From: an uncultured Verrucomicrobiae bacterium
GTDB lineage: Bacteria; Verrucomicrobiota; Verrucomicrobiia; Chthoniobacterales; Chthoniobacteraceae
Direction of reading: 5' to 3'
DNA: 64,000 nt
Assembly: GCA_963828525.1 (NCBI GenBank)
Contig: CAWHEP010000007.1
Span: 32,001-96,000, forward strand
The translations under genes and the position numbers were made by a program. Under the pieces are notes generated by a model. That model did not search any database, was not told the DNA's origin, and was given only the letters and a program-made list of their open reading frames with translations. Positions 51,301 to 62,700 of this stretch are shown piece after piece; the stretch's first letter is position 1; each line of letters starts with the position of its first letter.

Positions 51301-52673
51301 ATAACCGCGTGTGGGATCCCTCTGATGGCGGCGACGAACACAAAAAGCCGCCCGTCGGCCTGGAGCCCGGCTTCACCAAGCGAACCCCGGTCGCCTGGTT
51401 CGCCACCCACCACAGCAACCCAGATGGCGATGCTTTCTACGAATACTCCTATCTCTTTCAGGTCAGCTACGACCTCCCGCCCGGAGCCAGGAGCATCACC
51501 CTTCCAGACAATCCGAAGATCCGCGTGTTTGCCGTCTCCGCTGGCCACGAGCCTTCCGCCGCCCCCGCTGCCGCCCCGCTCTACGATACTTTGGCAGATC
51601 ACCAGCGCGGCGGTGTCCCCACGATTCCCCAGGATGGAGCTGCGTTTGCCGATTCCACCGAGGTCACCCTCCTGCCACCTCTCTATCACGGCCCGCGCGA
51701 GCTGCATTATACGGTGGACGGTAGCGAGCCTGCAGCCTCCTCGCCCGTTTACGAAGGTCCCTTCTTCGTCTCGGATACGGTGAAGGTCGCGGTCCGCGAG
51801 ATCGATTCTCAGGGGAACGCCGGAGTGGTCACCCGTGGCGTCATCAATGTCCGCGACACAACGCCTCCCCGGCTCTTGGATGCCAGCATTGAGGGAAAGA
51901 AGAGTGTTCTCGATCTCACCTTCTCCGAACCGCTCGCGCCCGCTTCTGTGGCGAATCTGGGCAACTACCGTGTCCAGCCAGCCGCTGCTATAAGCAATGC
52001 CGACATCTCCCCCGACGGGCGAAAGGTTGCCCTCACCTTCACCGCGCCTCTCGCGCCGGGAGCCGACTACACGCTCACCGTGAACGGCCTTAAGGACAGG
52101 TCACCCGCCGGAAACGTGATCGCTAAAACCAGCCGTCCGTTCAATGCTCAGAATATCGTCTACACGCTCGCCTCCGCCGAATTGCCTGCGGGAGCGGTCA
52201 AGGCGGACGTCCAGGGCCTTCCGGTTTTAAAGAAGGACCCGTGGACAATGAACCTCTTTGTAAAAGCCAGCGCGAAGCAGCAGGGCCGCGCGATCCTTGC
52301 CGGTTTCGGCAGCGTCACAGACACACCCGGTTCGGGCAGCATCAGCCGCTATCTCGCCGTCTACTCCGATGACATCCGGTTCTGGTTTGTCGGCGAACTG
52401 GATACGCATTCCCCTCTCGACTTGGGCCGCTGGCAGATGCTCACAGCTACCTACAACGGCGACACGCTCGCCCTTTATAAGGATGGCCAGCGCATCGGCG
52501 AAAAACGCGTCGCCTTTACCGCCGACGCCGAGCCTGTTGTCAATGTAGCGCCGCCCGATCCATGGGAGCAGACGGCCCTCTTCCATGGCAGCGTCCAGCA
52601 ATTCACCATCCGTCGCGGCGCGCTGAATACGGAAGCCGTAAAGAAACTGTTCGAACAGACGAAGCCGCGTTGA
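48375..52673 (+). CDS. GH38 alpha-mannosidase with C-terminal accessory domains (Ig-like, LamG-like); frameshifts ~49710-49870
   Basis: AHLDTQWRW, LPDCFG, GDRGG, NQMHDILPGTS, QWMDL, LND.KF; W.M.TATYNG...LYKDG LamG-like tail. Confidence 0.9.
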
Positions 52674-52677
52674 ACGA

Positions 52678-52701
52678 GGACTGCCTCCGGGAAGGCGGTC
52701 C
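52678..52701. repeat. REP-like hairpin or terminator between GH38 and the rcnA-like gene
   Basis: GGACTGCCTCC-GG-GAAGGCGGTCC; the - strand reads TAGGGACCGCC... Confidence 0.55.
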
Positions 52702-52708
52702 CTAATTT

Positions 52709-53635
52709 GTGAATCCCATCCAACTCGCCGAGCGCGCCGGGTCCAATCCCTGGCTCTTCCTCGCCGCCGCCCTCCTTCTTGGTGCCTTCCACGGCCTGGA
52801 ACCGGGCCACTCGAAAGGGATAATGACCGCGTTCATACTCGGCACTCGCGGCTCCTACTTCCAGGCTGTCCTCCTCGCGCTCAGCGCCACTGTCTCCCAC
52901 ACCGCCATCGTCTGGATACTGGCATGGCCTGCGTCTTATGGAGGCACCCTCTGGGCGGGCCTTGCCTTCTCCCCTTACCTGAATCTCATCTCGGGAGTCA
53001 TCATTTTAGGCCTCGCCTACTGGATGCTGCGGAGATTCAACCGGGCCAGCCACAACCACGGGCATCATCACCATCATCATGACAATGATCATCCTCATGA
53101 ACACGGTCACGAGCACCCGCCTGAACGCGCCCACGAACATGGTCACGATGACTCGCATGATCACCACCATCACCACGAGCATCCTCACGATCACCCGCAT
53201 GAACATGCCCACGAGCACCCCGCCATCTCCAGCGAAGGCCTCTCGATGGCGATGACCCTCGAGGAGGACGCGCACGCCCGCCATCACATGCGCGAGATTG
53301 CCGATAAATTCTCCGACCAGCAGATTTCCACCGTCCAGGTCATCCTCTTCGGACTCACCACCGGCCTCGCCCCGTGCAGCGCCGCCATCGTGATCCTCAT
53401 CACGTGCTTCCGTTTGCATCAACCATGGCTCGGTTTCGGCCTCGTCAGCGCCTTCAGTGTCGGCCTTGGGCTCACCCTTACCACCGTCGCTCTCCTCGCT
53501 TCTTGGGGCATCCGCGCCTTCGGAACCCACGCCAAGGGTTTCCAGGACTTCATCCGCAACGCCCCCTTCCTCTCCGCCCTTGTCACCGCCGCCATCGGCC
53601 TCTACCTCATCGTCCAGTTCTTCCGCTCTTACTAA
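52709..53635 (+). CDS. rcnA: Nickel/cobalt efflux transporter, RcnA/NicO family
   Basis: HGLEPGHSK, SATVSHT, long His-rich loop, DAHARHH, GLAPCSAA, FSVGL. Confidence 0.85.
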   Translation: MNPIQLAERAGSNPWLFLAAALLLGAFHGLEPGHSKGIMTAFILGTRGSYFQAVLLALSATVSHTAIVWILAWPASYGGTLWAGLAFSPYLNLISGVIILGLAYWMLRRFNRASHNHGHHHHHHDNDHPHEHGHEHPPERAHEHGHDDSHDHHHHHEHPHDHPHEHAHEHPAISSEGLSMAMTLEEDAHARHHMREIADKFSDQQISTVQVILFGLTTGLAPCSAAIVILITCFRLHQPWLGFGLVSAFSVGLGLTLTTVALLASWGIRAFGTHAKGFQDFIRNAPFLSALVTAAIGLYLIVQFFRSY

Positions 53636-53678
53636 CCCGCTTTTAGTTGCAGCTCGATCCGGTCACCGGATGTTCCGC

Positions 53679-55068
53679 ATGCCGCAGAGCGCTCTGCAAA
53701 AATGAATCATTATCGCGCGACCTCTCGACCGCTGGTCCTATTTCTGGTGGGGCTGCGCCGCGATGGCCATTAAATACAACCTCGATCGAGCCGTTGCGTG
53801 GTTTGGATTTCACCGCCACTGGTATTTCTGGAACTACGTCAAACCCCACGGCTATGAAGGGATCGCTGCCGTTCCGCCAAACGACCAGACTTTCTACTAC
53901 ATTCTGTTGCTCACATCATTGCCGTTTTTGTTCTTTGGCATCATCTTGACCCTTCGCCGTCTCCGCTCGGCGGAAATGCCGCTCGCCCTGTCCCTGCTTT
54001 TCTTCCTCCCTGTCATCAACCTCCTGTTCTTTGTCGTTCTCTGCCTCCTTCCGGCAAAACAAGCTCAACCATCTCAGTCAGAAAGATCGGGCTTGTTGGC
54101 GTGGCTCCCGGTAAGTCCTGTCTCAAGCGCGTTGGCCAGTATGGTCATCGTAGGTCTGGCGGGGATGGGGCTCGCTTGCTTTGCCACTCAAGCGCTCCGT
54201 AACTATGGCTGGGGTCTTTTCGTTGCTCTCCCGTTCGCCATGGGCATGGTTTCGGTTCTGATTTATGCGGGATCGGAGAAGCGGACTTTTCGCGGAAGTA
54301 TGTCAGTGGCTGTACTTCCGATTTTGTTTTGTGGGCTCTGCCTGTTTGTCGCGGCGGCGGAAGGAATTATTTGCCTGGTGATGGCCGCTCCCATGGGGAT
54401 TGTCTTGGCGCTGTTAGGTGGCATGGTAGGATACGCGATCGTCGGTAACCGACGCCGCGCCAAACAGCCCGGCGGCGATGCTGCTGGTGCTTGCCGCCGT
54501 GCCTCTCACCATGGGCATGGAAAAGCGGGCTAATGAAGCTCCGCCTCTGCTTTCCGTCACAACTTCCGTTGTGATCAATGCGCCGCCGGAGGAAGTCTGG
54601 CCCAACGTGATCTCATTTCCGCCGATCCCTCCGCAGCGCGACTGGATTCTCCATACCGGTGTCGCGTATCCCATCCAGGCGCGAATAGACGGACACGGCG
54701 TGGGTGCGATCAGACACTGCATTTTCACCACTGGTGAATTCGTCGAGCCGATTGAAGTTTGGGATGAGCCCCAACGGCTCCGATTCTCCGTTGCCGATCA
54801 ACCAGAGCCCATGGAGGAACTGTCACCCTATCCGCGTCTTAAGGCGCCTCATTTGCATGGCTATCTCCAATCCCACGAAGGCGAGTTGCGACTAACCGCG
54901 TTGCCAGGAGGAAAGACATTGCTTGAGGGCACGACCTGGTACACCGACCGGATTTGGCCCAGCCTCTATTGGCAAGTGTGGTCCGATCTCATGATCCACC
55001 ACATCCATCTTCGCGTTCTCAATCATATCCGAAACCTCTCGGAGCATGTACCTGGAAGGGTGCCATAA
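53679..55068 (+). CDS. DUF805-like membrane protein with C-terminal SRPBCC domain; frameshifted, start uncertain
   Basis: LTLRRLRS, FLPVINL, EGIICLVMAAP; VVINAPPEEVW, HIHLRVL.HI. Confidence 0.75.
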
Positions 55069-55128
55069 ACCCGTGGCAGCATCCCGCCCGCCCCTTCCCA
55101 TCTGTCGGGTTTCTGCTACGATGCTGAA

Positions 55129-55392
55129 ATGCTGGTTTCTGTAGAACTGCCTGATCCGATTGCAAAGCAACTGCACCTCGATGGGGAGCAGGGCAATCGC
55201 CGTGCCCTCGAAATATTCGCCCTTGAAGGCTACCGAAACGGGGAGCTATCCCGCGGGCAGGTGAGTGAATTGCTCGGTCTTGAGTTCAACGAAACCATGC
55301 AATTCCTCAAGACGCGCGCTTGCTTCCGCAGTATCACCCTTGAGGAATTTGAACAGGACGTGAAGGGTTTGCGAGCGTTCCTTGCGCAGTGA
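55129..55392 (+). CDS. UPF0175-family antitoxin
   Basis: ALEGYRNGELSRGQVSELLGL. Confidence 0.85.
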   Translation: MLVSVELPDPIAKQLHLDGEQGNRRALEIFALEGYRNGELSRGQVSELLGLEFNETMQFLKTRACFRSITLEEFEQDVKGLRAFLAQ

Positions 55393-55874
55393 GCCTCGTT
55401 GTTTCCGACACGACACCGCTCAACTACCTGATTTTGATCGGGCACATCGACGTGCTTCCCCGTCTTTTCGGAAAACTGCTGGTTCCCCCAGCCGTTATCC
55501 ACGAAATGCAACATCCTAAGGCCCCTTCGGCTGTTAGCACATGGGCTCGCAAACTGCCCACTTGGATCGAGGTGAAAGCTCCGCTCACAGGAATCTCCAC
55601 CTCAGGCATTGGGGCTGGTGAGGATGAAGCGATTTCTCTTGCTGTTGAACTCGGCGACGCCACCTTGCTTGTGGATGACGTCAGAGCCCGGACGGTGGCG
55701 AAAAGCCGCGGGCTTCTTACGATCGGAACTCTTGCCATTCTCGACCGTGCCGGTGAAGCAAAGTGGCTGGATTTTGAGATGGCAATTTCAAAACTGAAAG
55801 CAACGAGCTTTCATTTGGAAGATGCGCTCCTCCAACCCCTGCTCACCAGGGCGCGAGCCCGCGAGAGCCGCTGA
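55389..55874 (+). CDS. DUF3368 PIN-domain toxin
   Basis: VVSDTTPLNYL, VPPAV..E, GAGEDEAI.LA, LLVDD..AR, GTL.IL; GTGA overlap. Confidence 0.88.
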   Translation: MSLVVSDTTPLNYLILIGHIDVLPRLFGKLLVPPAVIHEMQHPKAPSAVSTWARKLPTWIEVKAPLTGISTSGIGAGEDEAISLAVELGDATLLVDDVRARTVAKSRGLLTIGTLAILDRAGEAKWLDFEMAISKLKATSFHLEDALLQPLLTRARARESR

Positions 55875-55964
55875 CTCCCCCGGGACAACTCGAATTTCAA
55901 CATGGGTGTTAAACGGTCGGGCGTTCTTTCATTTTCGTGTCGATAGCTAATTCCGTTCGCGGTA

Positions 55965-56132
55965 TGCAGCTTTGACTCAGCCGATCACCCAGGCATTGCG
56001 GACACACGGCAGCATGGATGGACGACTCGCCGAGCGCATCGAAGATCTCTGCCGTGCCGCTCAGTAGATTTCAGTCGGAGGTGTTGCGGACGATTGCGGC
56101 TCAGCGCAGCCTGGGCAGCTATATCGCGCTGG
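55965..56132 (+). pseudogene. Remnant of an antitoxin/AbiEii-like nucleotidyltransferase pair
   Basis: ...ITQALRTHGSMDGRLAERIEDLCRAAQ* overlaps GTG-PLSRFQSEVLRTIAAQRSLGSYIA, cut off before the expected GG motif; family call from recall. Confidence 0.45.
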
Positions 56133-56257
56133 CGCCGAATTTCCCCCTTGTGGACGAAGTCGCACTCGGTGACGCTATCATCCCGAAGTCGCATTTCCTC
56201 CCTACTCCCGCAACAACCCACTCCCGCAACTAACCCGCGCCTGCCAGAGTTCCAAGG

Positions 56258-56283
56258 GTAGGGACGCCACGCCGTAGGCGTCC
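56258..56283 (+). repeat. GTAG-type REP-like hairpin
   Basis: GTAG-GGACGCC-ACGCCGTA-GGCGTCC. Confidence 0.65.
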
Positions 56284-56799
56284 GCAACATCTCCACGTTC
56301 GGCAACTAATCCGCTCGGAACAAACTCACCATTGTGCGCTCGCGCGACTTCCGGCTTCCGCGACAATCTCAACCCAGCAATCAACGCCCAAGGTCAAAAA
56401 GCCCAGCCAGGGGAAGCCTCGCTGAGGGTCCCCAGCCTCTGAACGCTCTCGACAAATATCAGCGAAATCCAGGCGCGCCGTGGGGCTTCTGGCCGTCCTC
56501 GCCCGAAATCTCGCGCGCCATGCTTGAGCGCTGCCACAAGCCAGAGCCTTAACGACCGCTCGTCATTCACCCCCGCGCTGGCAGCAGAGCCGGGTCGCAA
56601 AATACGAGAGAATACGAAATGCCTGCCGCGCAAAAGCCCCCAAAATTCGCCCAACTCTAAAGCTTTTTATCCCGCGAAACCGGAACAGCCATTCGATAAA
56701 TATAGATTTTTATGATTTGTATTGCTTTTTTTGGGGATCCTGCAACAAAGCAATGTTCCGCCCCCCCTTTCTGCGGAAGTTTCGCTACCCCCCAAAAAC

Positions 56800-59700
56800 A
56801 TGAAAAATGGAATCCCCGTCCCGGAAGGGACCATCGTATCCGCGTGCCGTGCCGCAAACAATCCCGATCGCAGTCACATAGTTGAAAAGACGTCTCGCGG
56901 CTCCGCCTTGCGGATGATGAGCCTGCTCATCCTCGTCTTGCTTGCCGCGCTTCTCCCGGCGAGCGCCAATCAACCCGGGGGCTTCGTTACCACGGTTACC
57001 ACGCCCGTCACCACTGGGAACACCAGCTACAACGGCCGTCCCTGTGTGTTCATGGACAACGGGATTATCCATATCATCATCGATAGCGCGGGGAATCCAG
57101 CCTCCTTGCGTTACTTGAAGCCGGGGTTGCCGGGGACACCCCTCAAAGATGGTGTCGAAATGGAGGGGCAATCCAGTGGGAGCACCAGTCTCTATGGAGG
57201 CAATTATAATATTAACTATTCGGACCCCTACAACACCATGGCTTTCGGGAACGACATCATAATTTATGCCACGCCACCTACGGCAGCGCAGGCGGATTAT
57301 GCTTTCTATGCTCCTTACAGTCCAGCTAGGGGCACGAATCCTTGGGATACAACCGTCCATTGGGTGCTCCGGCAGGGCGATACCGGCGTCTACACCTACC
57401 TCGTGATCAATCACGATCCCTCGTATGGCCCCGCGGGGAACGCCGGGCTCACGCTCCAATGGGGTTCCGCTCATGACCAAAAGAATTTTCTCCTCGAGAA
57501 TACCTATGTGGACAATATGGGCGCTGGTCTGCTGGACAATCGCGGCCTTCCTGAGGCGCGCCGTCATGGGCTCAGCACGAGTTTCGAAGACGAGAACTAC
57601 ATCATCGATGCCGTCCAGGATAACTACCAGATCGTCAACACAGATCCTTTGAGCAAGTTTTACGGCTACATTGACACCAAGTATTCATACATAGCGGACC
57701 TTTACTCACTGGATTGCTGGGGTCGCGCGAGCGATGTAAACCACTTGGGTGGTTGGTTTGTGGAAGGCAGTCATGAGTTTTCCCCGAGCGGTCCCGCCTA
57801 TCTCGATTTCGTCCAGGGCTGGGGCTTGGTCGATTGTTGTCTCACGGGTCTCCATGGCATCCAGACGCATTATACGATCCCGCAGGGAACGGCGTTTCGC
57901 AAAGTTTATGGCCCCGTTCTCCTTTACATGAATACTCTCGCTACCGGTACGGCCAATTGGGCGGACGCCCAGCAGCAGGCGGTGGCGGAGAAGGCCGCGT
58001 GGCCTTACAGTTGGCTGACTTATGAACCGGCATACCAGACGCCCCCGCAACGCGCTACCGTCACCGGGACGATCTTAATTACCGATCAGCTCAACTCCGC
58101 CGTGAATGCCTCAGGCGCATGGGTGGGAGTGACCGACCCGGATAAGGGCTACAATACCGGTGGCTCCGCGCCTTTTCAGGTCCAGCAATTGGATGCACCA
58201 GCTTTCGCAAATCATCAATACTGGGTTCACGCCGCTCCCAATGGCTCCTTTAGCTTCCCAAATGTTGCCACGACCGATTGCTATGGAAATCCCGACCAAT
58301 ATGCCTCTATGTTTATTCCAATGGAGTGAGCGGAAGCAATGGCGCGGTGGGTGAATACATGGGCCCGAGCTTCACCCCGACTCGGCGAACGGTGAACCTC
58401 GGCACGGTAACCTGGCTGTTCCACATAAAGGCACGTCCATCCTCTGGCAGATCGGGAATCCGGACAGAAGCGGCAGGAATTCGAGAATACCAGACCTCAA
58501 TACAGCCGCAGAATGGCAGTATAACAATCAGGGTATAACAACATGAACGTCCCATCGTGGGCCGGATGGCCGTTCCTATTTGTTCCCAAATCCCCTCGAG
58601 TACAACACCGCGACCGGCAACCTCCGCCAATCTAAGCTGGGAACAAACCAACGATAACGGGCTTTGGTACTGGGATTTGAACTTCAATCTCTCCAGCGCG
58701 CCTGCGTCCGGCAACTATTGGCTGACGATCGCCTACTCGGGAAGCGGCTGGGGCGGCGGAGCACAATCCGGGTATCAGCAAATCTCTGTCAACGGACATG
58801 CCGTTCTTCTTCGATATCACTGGCTTCAAAGCATGGATTGGCCCCGGCGAACCATGGCGGAGAAATTAACCAGGCACACAACGCTTCCACATGGCGCGTA
58901 TTCCTTCATCCACGTGCCGATTGCCTCCAGCATGCTCCACAGCGGGAGTAACACCATTACCCTCACCGCCAATGGGGTAATATTGTACGATCACATCAAC
59001 ATGGAGACGCCCACTCTCAGTGGACAATGGCGTTTACACCTTGTCGATCGAGAACACCGGGACGAATGTTTACACGCTTCGGTGTCGGTTCAACAACGGC
59101 GGTACCAACACACAACGTTTACACTTATCCCGGGCTCGGGAGCCTCGCTGAATCAATGGCAGGTCGTCAACCTCGGGGCTAGCCGGAATTATTGCGAATT
59201 TATCAACGTCGCGTCTGGCCTTGCGCTCACGGGCAGCGCGGGCGGCGTGACCCAGGCGCCGCTGGTCGGCAGCAGCAACCAGATCTGGCAGGTGAGGCGG
59301 GTACCGCGTGGCGGATACCTTGTGCGCTGCTCGGGCCAGGTTTCAACGCTGCTGACGGCGGTACCATCGCGCAGCCTTATACGTCCGGCAGCAATTCGGT
59401 CGTGCTTGTCCGGCGCAAACGGCGGGGCTGCGGGTCAGAACTGGGTGTTTACGATGGTGCCACCGACGGTGAACTGCCCCAGTGCGATTGCGACAAACAT
59501 CAATACCCCTTGTCCGTTTGGGTCACGACAGGCGTCAATGGTTCGAACTTCGCCCCTTCCACGGATTATTGCTGCCTCCGGATTCAACTGGTCTCCCTCG
59601 GGTTCGAACCTTGTGGCCACCATACAGCGCAACCAATCTGCCCCCGGGGTGACGATCGACAGCGTCACCGGGCTGATTTCGGGATACGCCAGCGCAACCG

Positions 59701-62700
59701 GCACGTACTCGGCCACCATCATGGCGACCAACTCAGGAGGAACAGGTTCGCAGCCCGTCACGTTTACCGTGGGAGTTCCTTTATCCGGCTTGAGCGTCCC
59801 GGTTCGAAGACATCTGACTTGGGGCGTTCCCTATTCCGCCCAGGTCACGGGTATCAGCGGTGATGTCACTGGCTTTAGCGCCACCGGTTTGCCTCCCGGA
59901 ATTACCATCGATGCCTACGACGGGACTTATTTCCGGCACGCCCACCGTCTACGCCTACAATAACCCGTCGCAGTCCTTTGAGTTCAACCATCTACGTGAC
60001 CAATCCCGGTGGCACAAATTCAGTTAACGTTTCCTATGCGATCGTCCCTCCGGTGCCGGTCATTACCAGTCCGTTGACGGCCACGGGCGTCGTCGGTTCA
60101 AGTTTCTCTTACACGACTACCGCGACCTATACGCCCACGCTTTAACGCGACCGGTTATCCGGCAGGGTTAAGTTTCAACACTAACAACGGCGTTCTTTCC
60201 GGAACTCCGACCACGGCCGGCACGTACAACATCCTCCTCAGCGCCTCAAAACCCCGCCGGTGGCGGCTCCGGCCCCACCAGCACTCTGGTGCTGACGGTT
60301 TACGCCGCCCCCACCTCCGCGCCCGTGATCAACAGCGCCAGCACGGCCTCGGGTGCCGCCGGCGCTGCGTTCAGCTACGCGATCACGGCAACCAATCTCC
60401 CCACGAGTTTCTCCGCCTCGGGCCTTCCGGATGGGTTGTCCGTCAATACCGCGACTGGCAAATCTCGGGCGCCGCAGACCAGTACCGGCACTTCCACTGT
60501 CACCTTGGGAGCCACCAATGACAAAGGAACCGGAACCCAGACCTTGACCTTAACCATCGGCAAGCCAGCCGCGCCGGTGATCATCGCGAGCAGTGGCACG
60601 GTTCCCGGCGAAGCCTTGGCGCCCTTCAGCTACTCCGTCAGCGCGAGCAATAATCCCACAGGTTACGGTGCCAGCGGCCTGCCTGCTGGGCTTGAGCATC
60701 AATCCGGTCACCGGGGTCATTTCCGGCAGCCTCCGGTCCGGGAAATTCCGTGGTCTCACTGACTGCGACCAATCAGGGCGGAACCGGCTCCGGTTCCATC
60801 ACCCTGGCCATCAGTTCGGCGTCCAAGCCGGTGATCAACAGCGCCTCTTCCGATACGGAGAGCGACTTGGCGTGGCGGTGAATTTCCAGGTCACTGGCGG
60901 CAAATGGTCCCACTGACTTCACCGCTGCAATCTGCCGCTGGGCCTTTCGCTGAATAGCTCGACCGGCCTCATCTCGGGCACGCCCGCGTCTGACGGGAAG
61001 TTTCTCCATCCCCATCACCGCCAGCAACAGCGTTGGATCGGGCACTGCGGGCACATTAACGATGATCGTTAATCCTGCCGACCTGGACTTCGGTCTGATG
61101 TCGGCGCGCCCGGAGGATGGTTCGGCGATACCACCACCTACGCCAACGGGATGTATTCCATGGTGGCAGCCGGCACAGGTTACGACGGGACGGCAGACTC
61201 CTTCCAGTTCTCCTATCAGCCGCTCTCGGGAGATGGCGCGATTATCGCCCGCGTTACTAGTTTTCTGAATCCCAAGTTTCAGGTGGGTCCCGGAAGCCAG
61301 GGCGGAGTCATGATCCGGTCTTCGTTGGCGGCCGATGCTCCCTTTTTCGCCGTGTCGGATGGGTCTACGGCAACGGACGGGGGCGCAATACCGCACCAGC
61401 GCAGGAGGCAACTCTGCTTTCAGTCGGTCGGTGCGGTCGGCATGAACTGGGTTAAAGTCGTCCGCATGGGAAATGTGTTCACCAGGTTACGGCTCCTTGA
61501 CGGCGTGAACTGGGCCCAGATTGGATCGCCGCAGACCATCGTGATGCCTCCCACGGTTTACATGGGCTTGGCGGGAAATGAAAATAACGTCCTTCTGTCA
61601 ACCTACATCACCTTTGACCACGTGAACCTCCTGGCGGGCAGCGCTCTGTGGTCTTCTTCCGACATCGGCGCGGTGAGCGCTCCGGGCAATACTTCGTACA
61701 GCGGCGGCGTCTATTCTCTGGTCAACAGCGGAAGTGATATCTGGAGTAACTCGGACCAATTTCACTACGCCTATCTGCCTGTGACCGCGGATTGCAGCAT
61801 GATCGCGTGCGCGTCACCTCCGTGGCGAATACTGACATCAACGCAAAGGCGGGCATCATGGTTCGGGATACGCTTAGCACCGCATCGGACTTTGCGGACT
61901 TGGTGGTATCCGCCAGCAATGGAATTTACTTTCAGGCAGAAGGGCTTCTTCCGGCGGACACGGAGTAACTGTGGCATCCAGTACGTCACTGCGGCACTCC
62001 TTATTGGGTGAAGCTGACACGGGCCGGGAACACCTTCACCGCCTACACCGCCCCGGATGGAGTGACTTGGACCCAACTCGGCTCGCCGACGTCCATCACC
62101 ATGGGGGCCAATGCCTATATTGGGCTCGCCTACACCAGTCATAACGCCGCTCAGATCGGCACCGCCACCATCGATAACATCAGCCTCACCGCCCCGAATA
62201 ATCCTGCGCCGCCGGTGATTGCCAGCGGAATCAATCATTCCCGGCAGCGGTGGGAGACTCCTTGAACTATTCTCTGCCGGCCACGAACAGTCCGACTCGG
62301 CTTTGCCTCGGTCACGCTTCCTGGCGGACTAGAAATCACCCCCGCTGGCCTCATCACAGGTTCTCCGACGGGCACAGGCACTCCTACCGCGTCGATTACG
62401 GCTCGAAAACTCCGGCGGACTTGGGATCAACACAATCACGTTTAGTTTGACGCGGCCTCTCCCGTCATTTTCCCGAGCGTTGCGCCGGTGAATGCCACCG
62501 TGAACCAGCCCTTCAGCTATGGTGTCAGCGTCCAGAATGGCGCGACCTCCTACACGGCAACCGGCGTGCCTCCGGGTCTCACCTTCAATACGTCAACCGG
62601 CAAATACTCGGGGACACCTACATCCACCGGAACCTTCTCCGTTGCTGAGACTGCCACCAACGTAGCCGGAACGGATTCGGCCACCCAGGTGTTTGTTTTC

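Noticed and set aside
53050..53220. CAC/CAT-rich low-complexity tract
   Set aside because: Ordinary His-rich loop of an RcnA-family transporter
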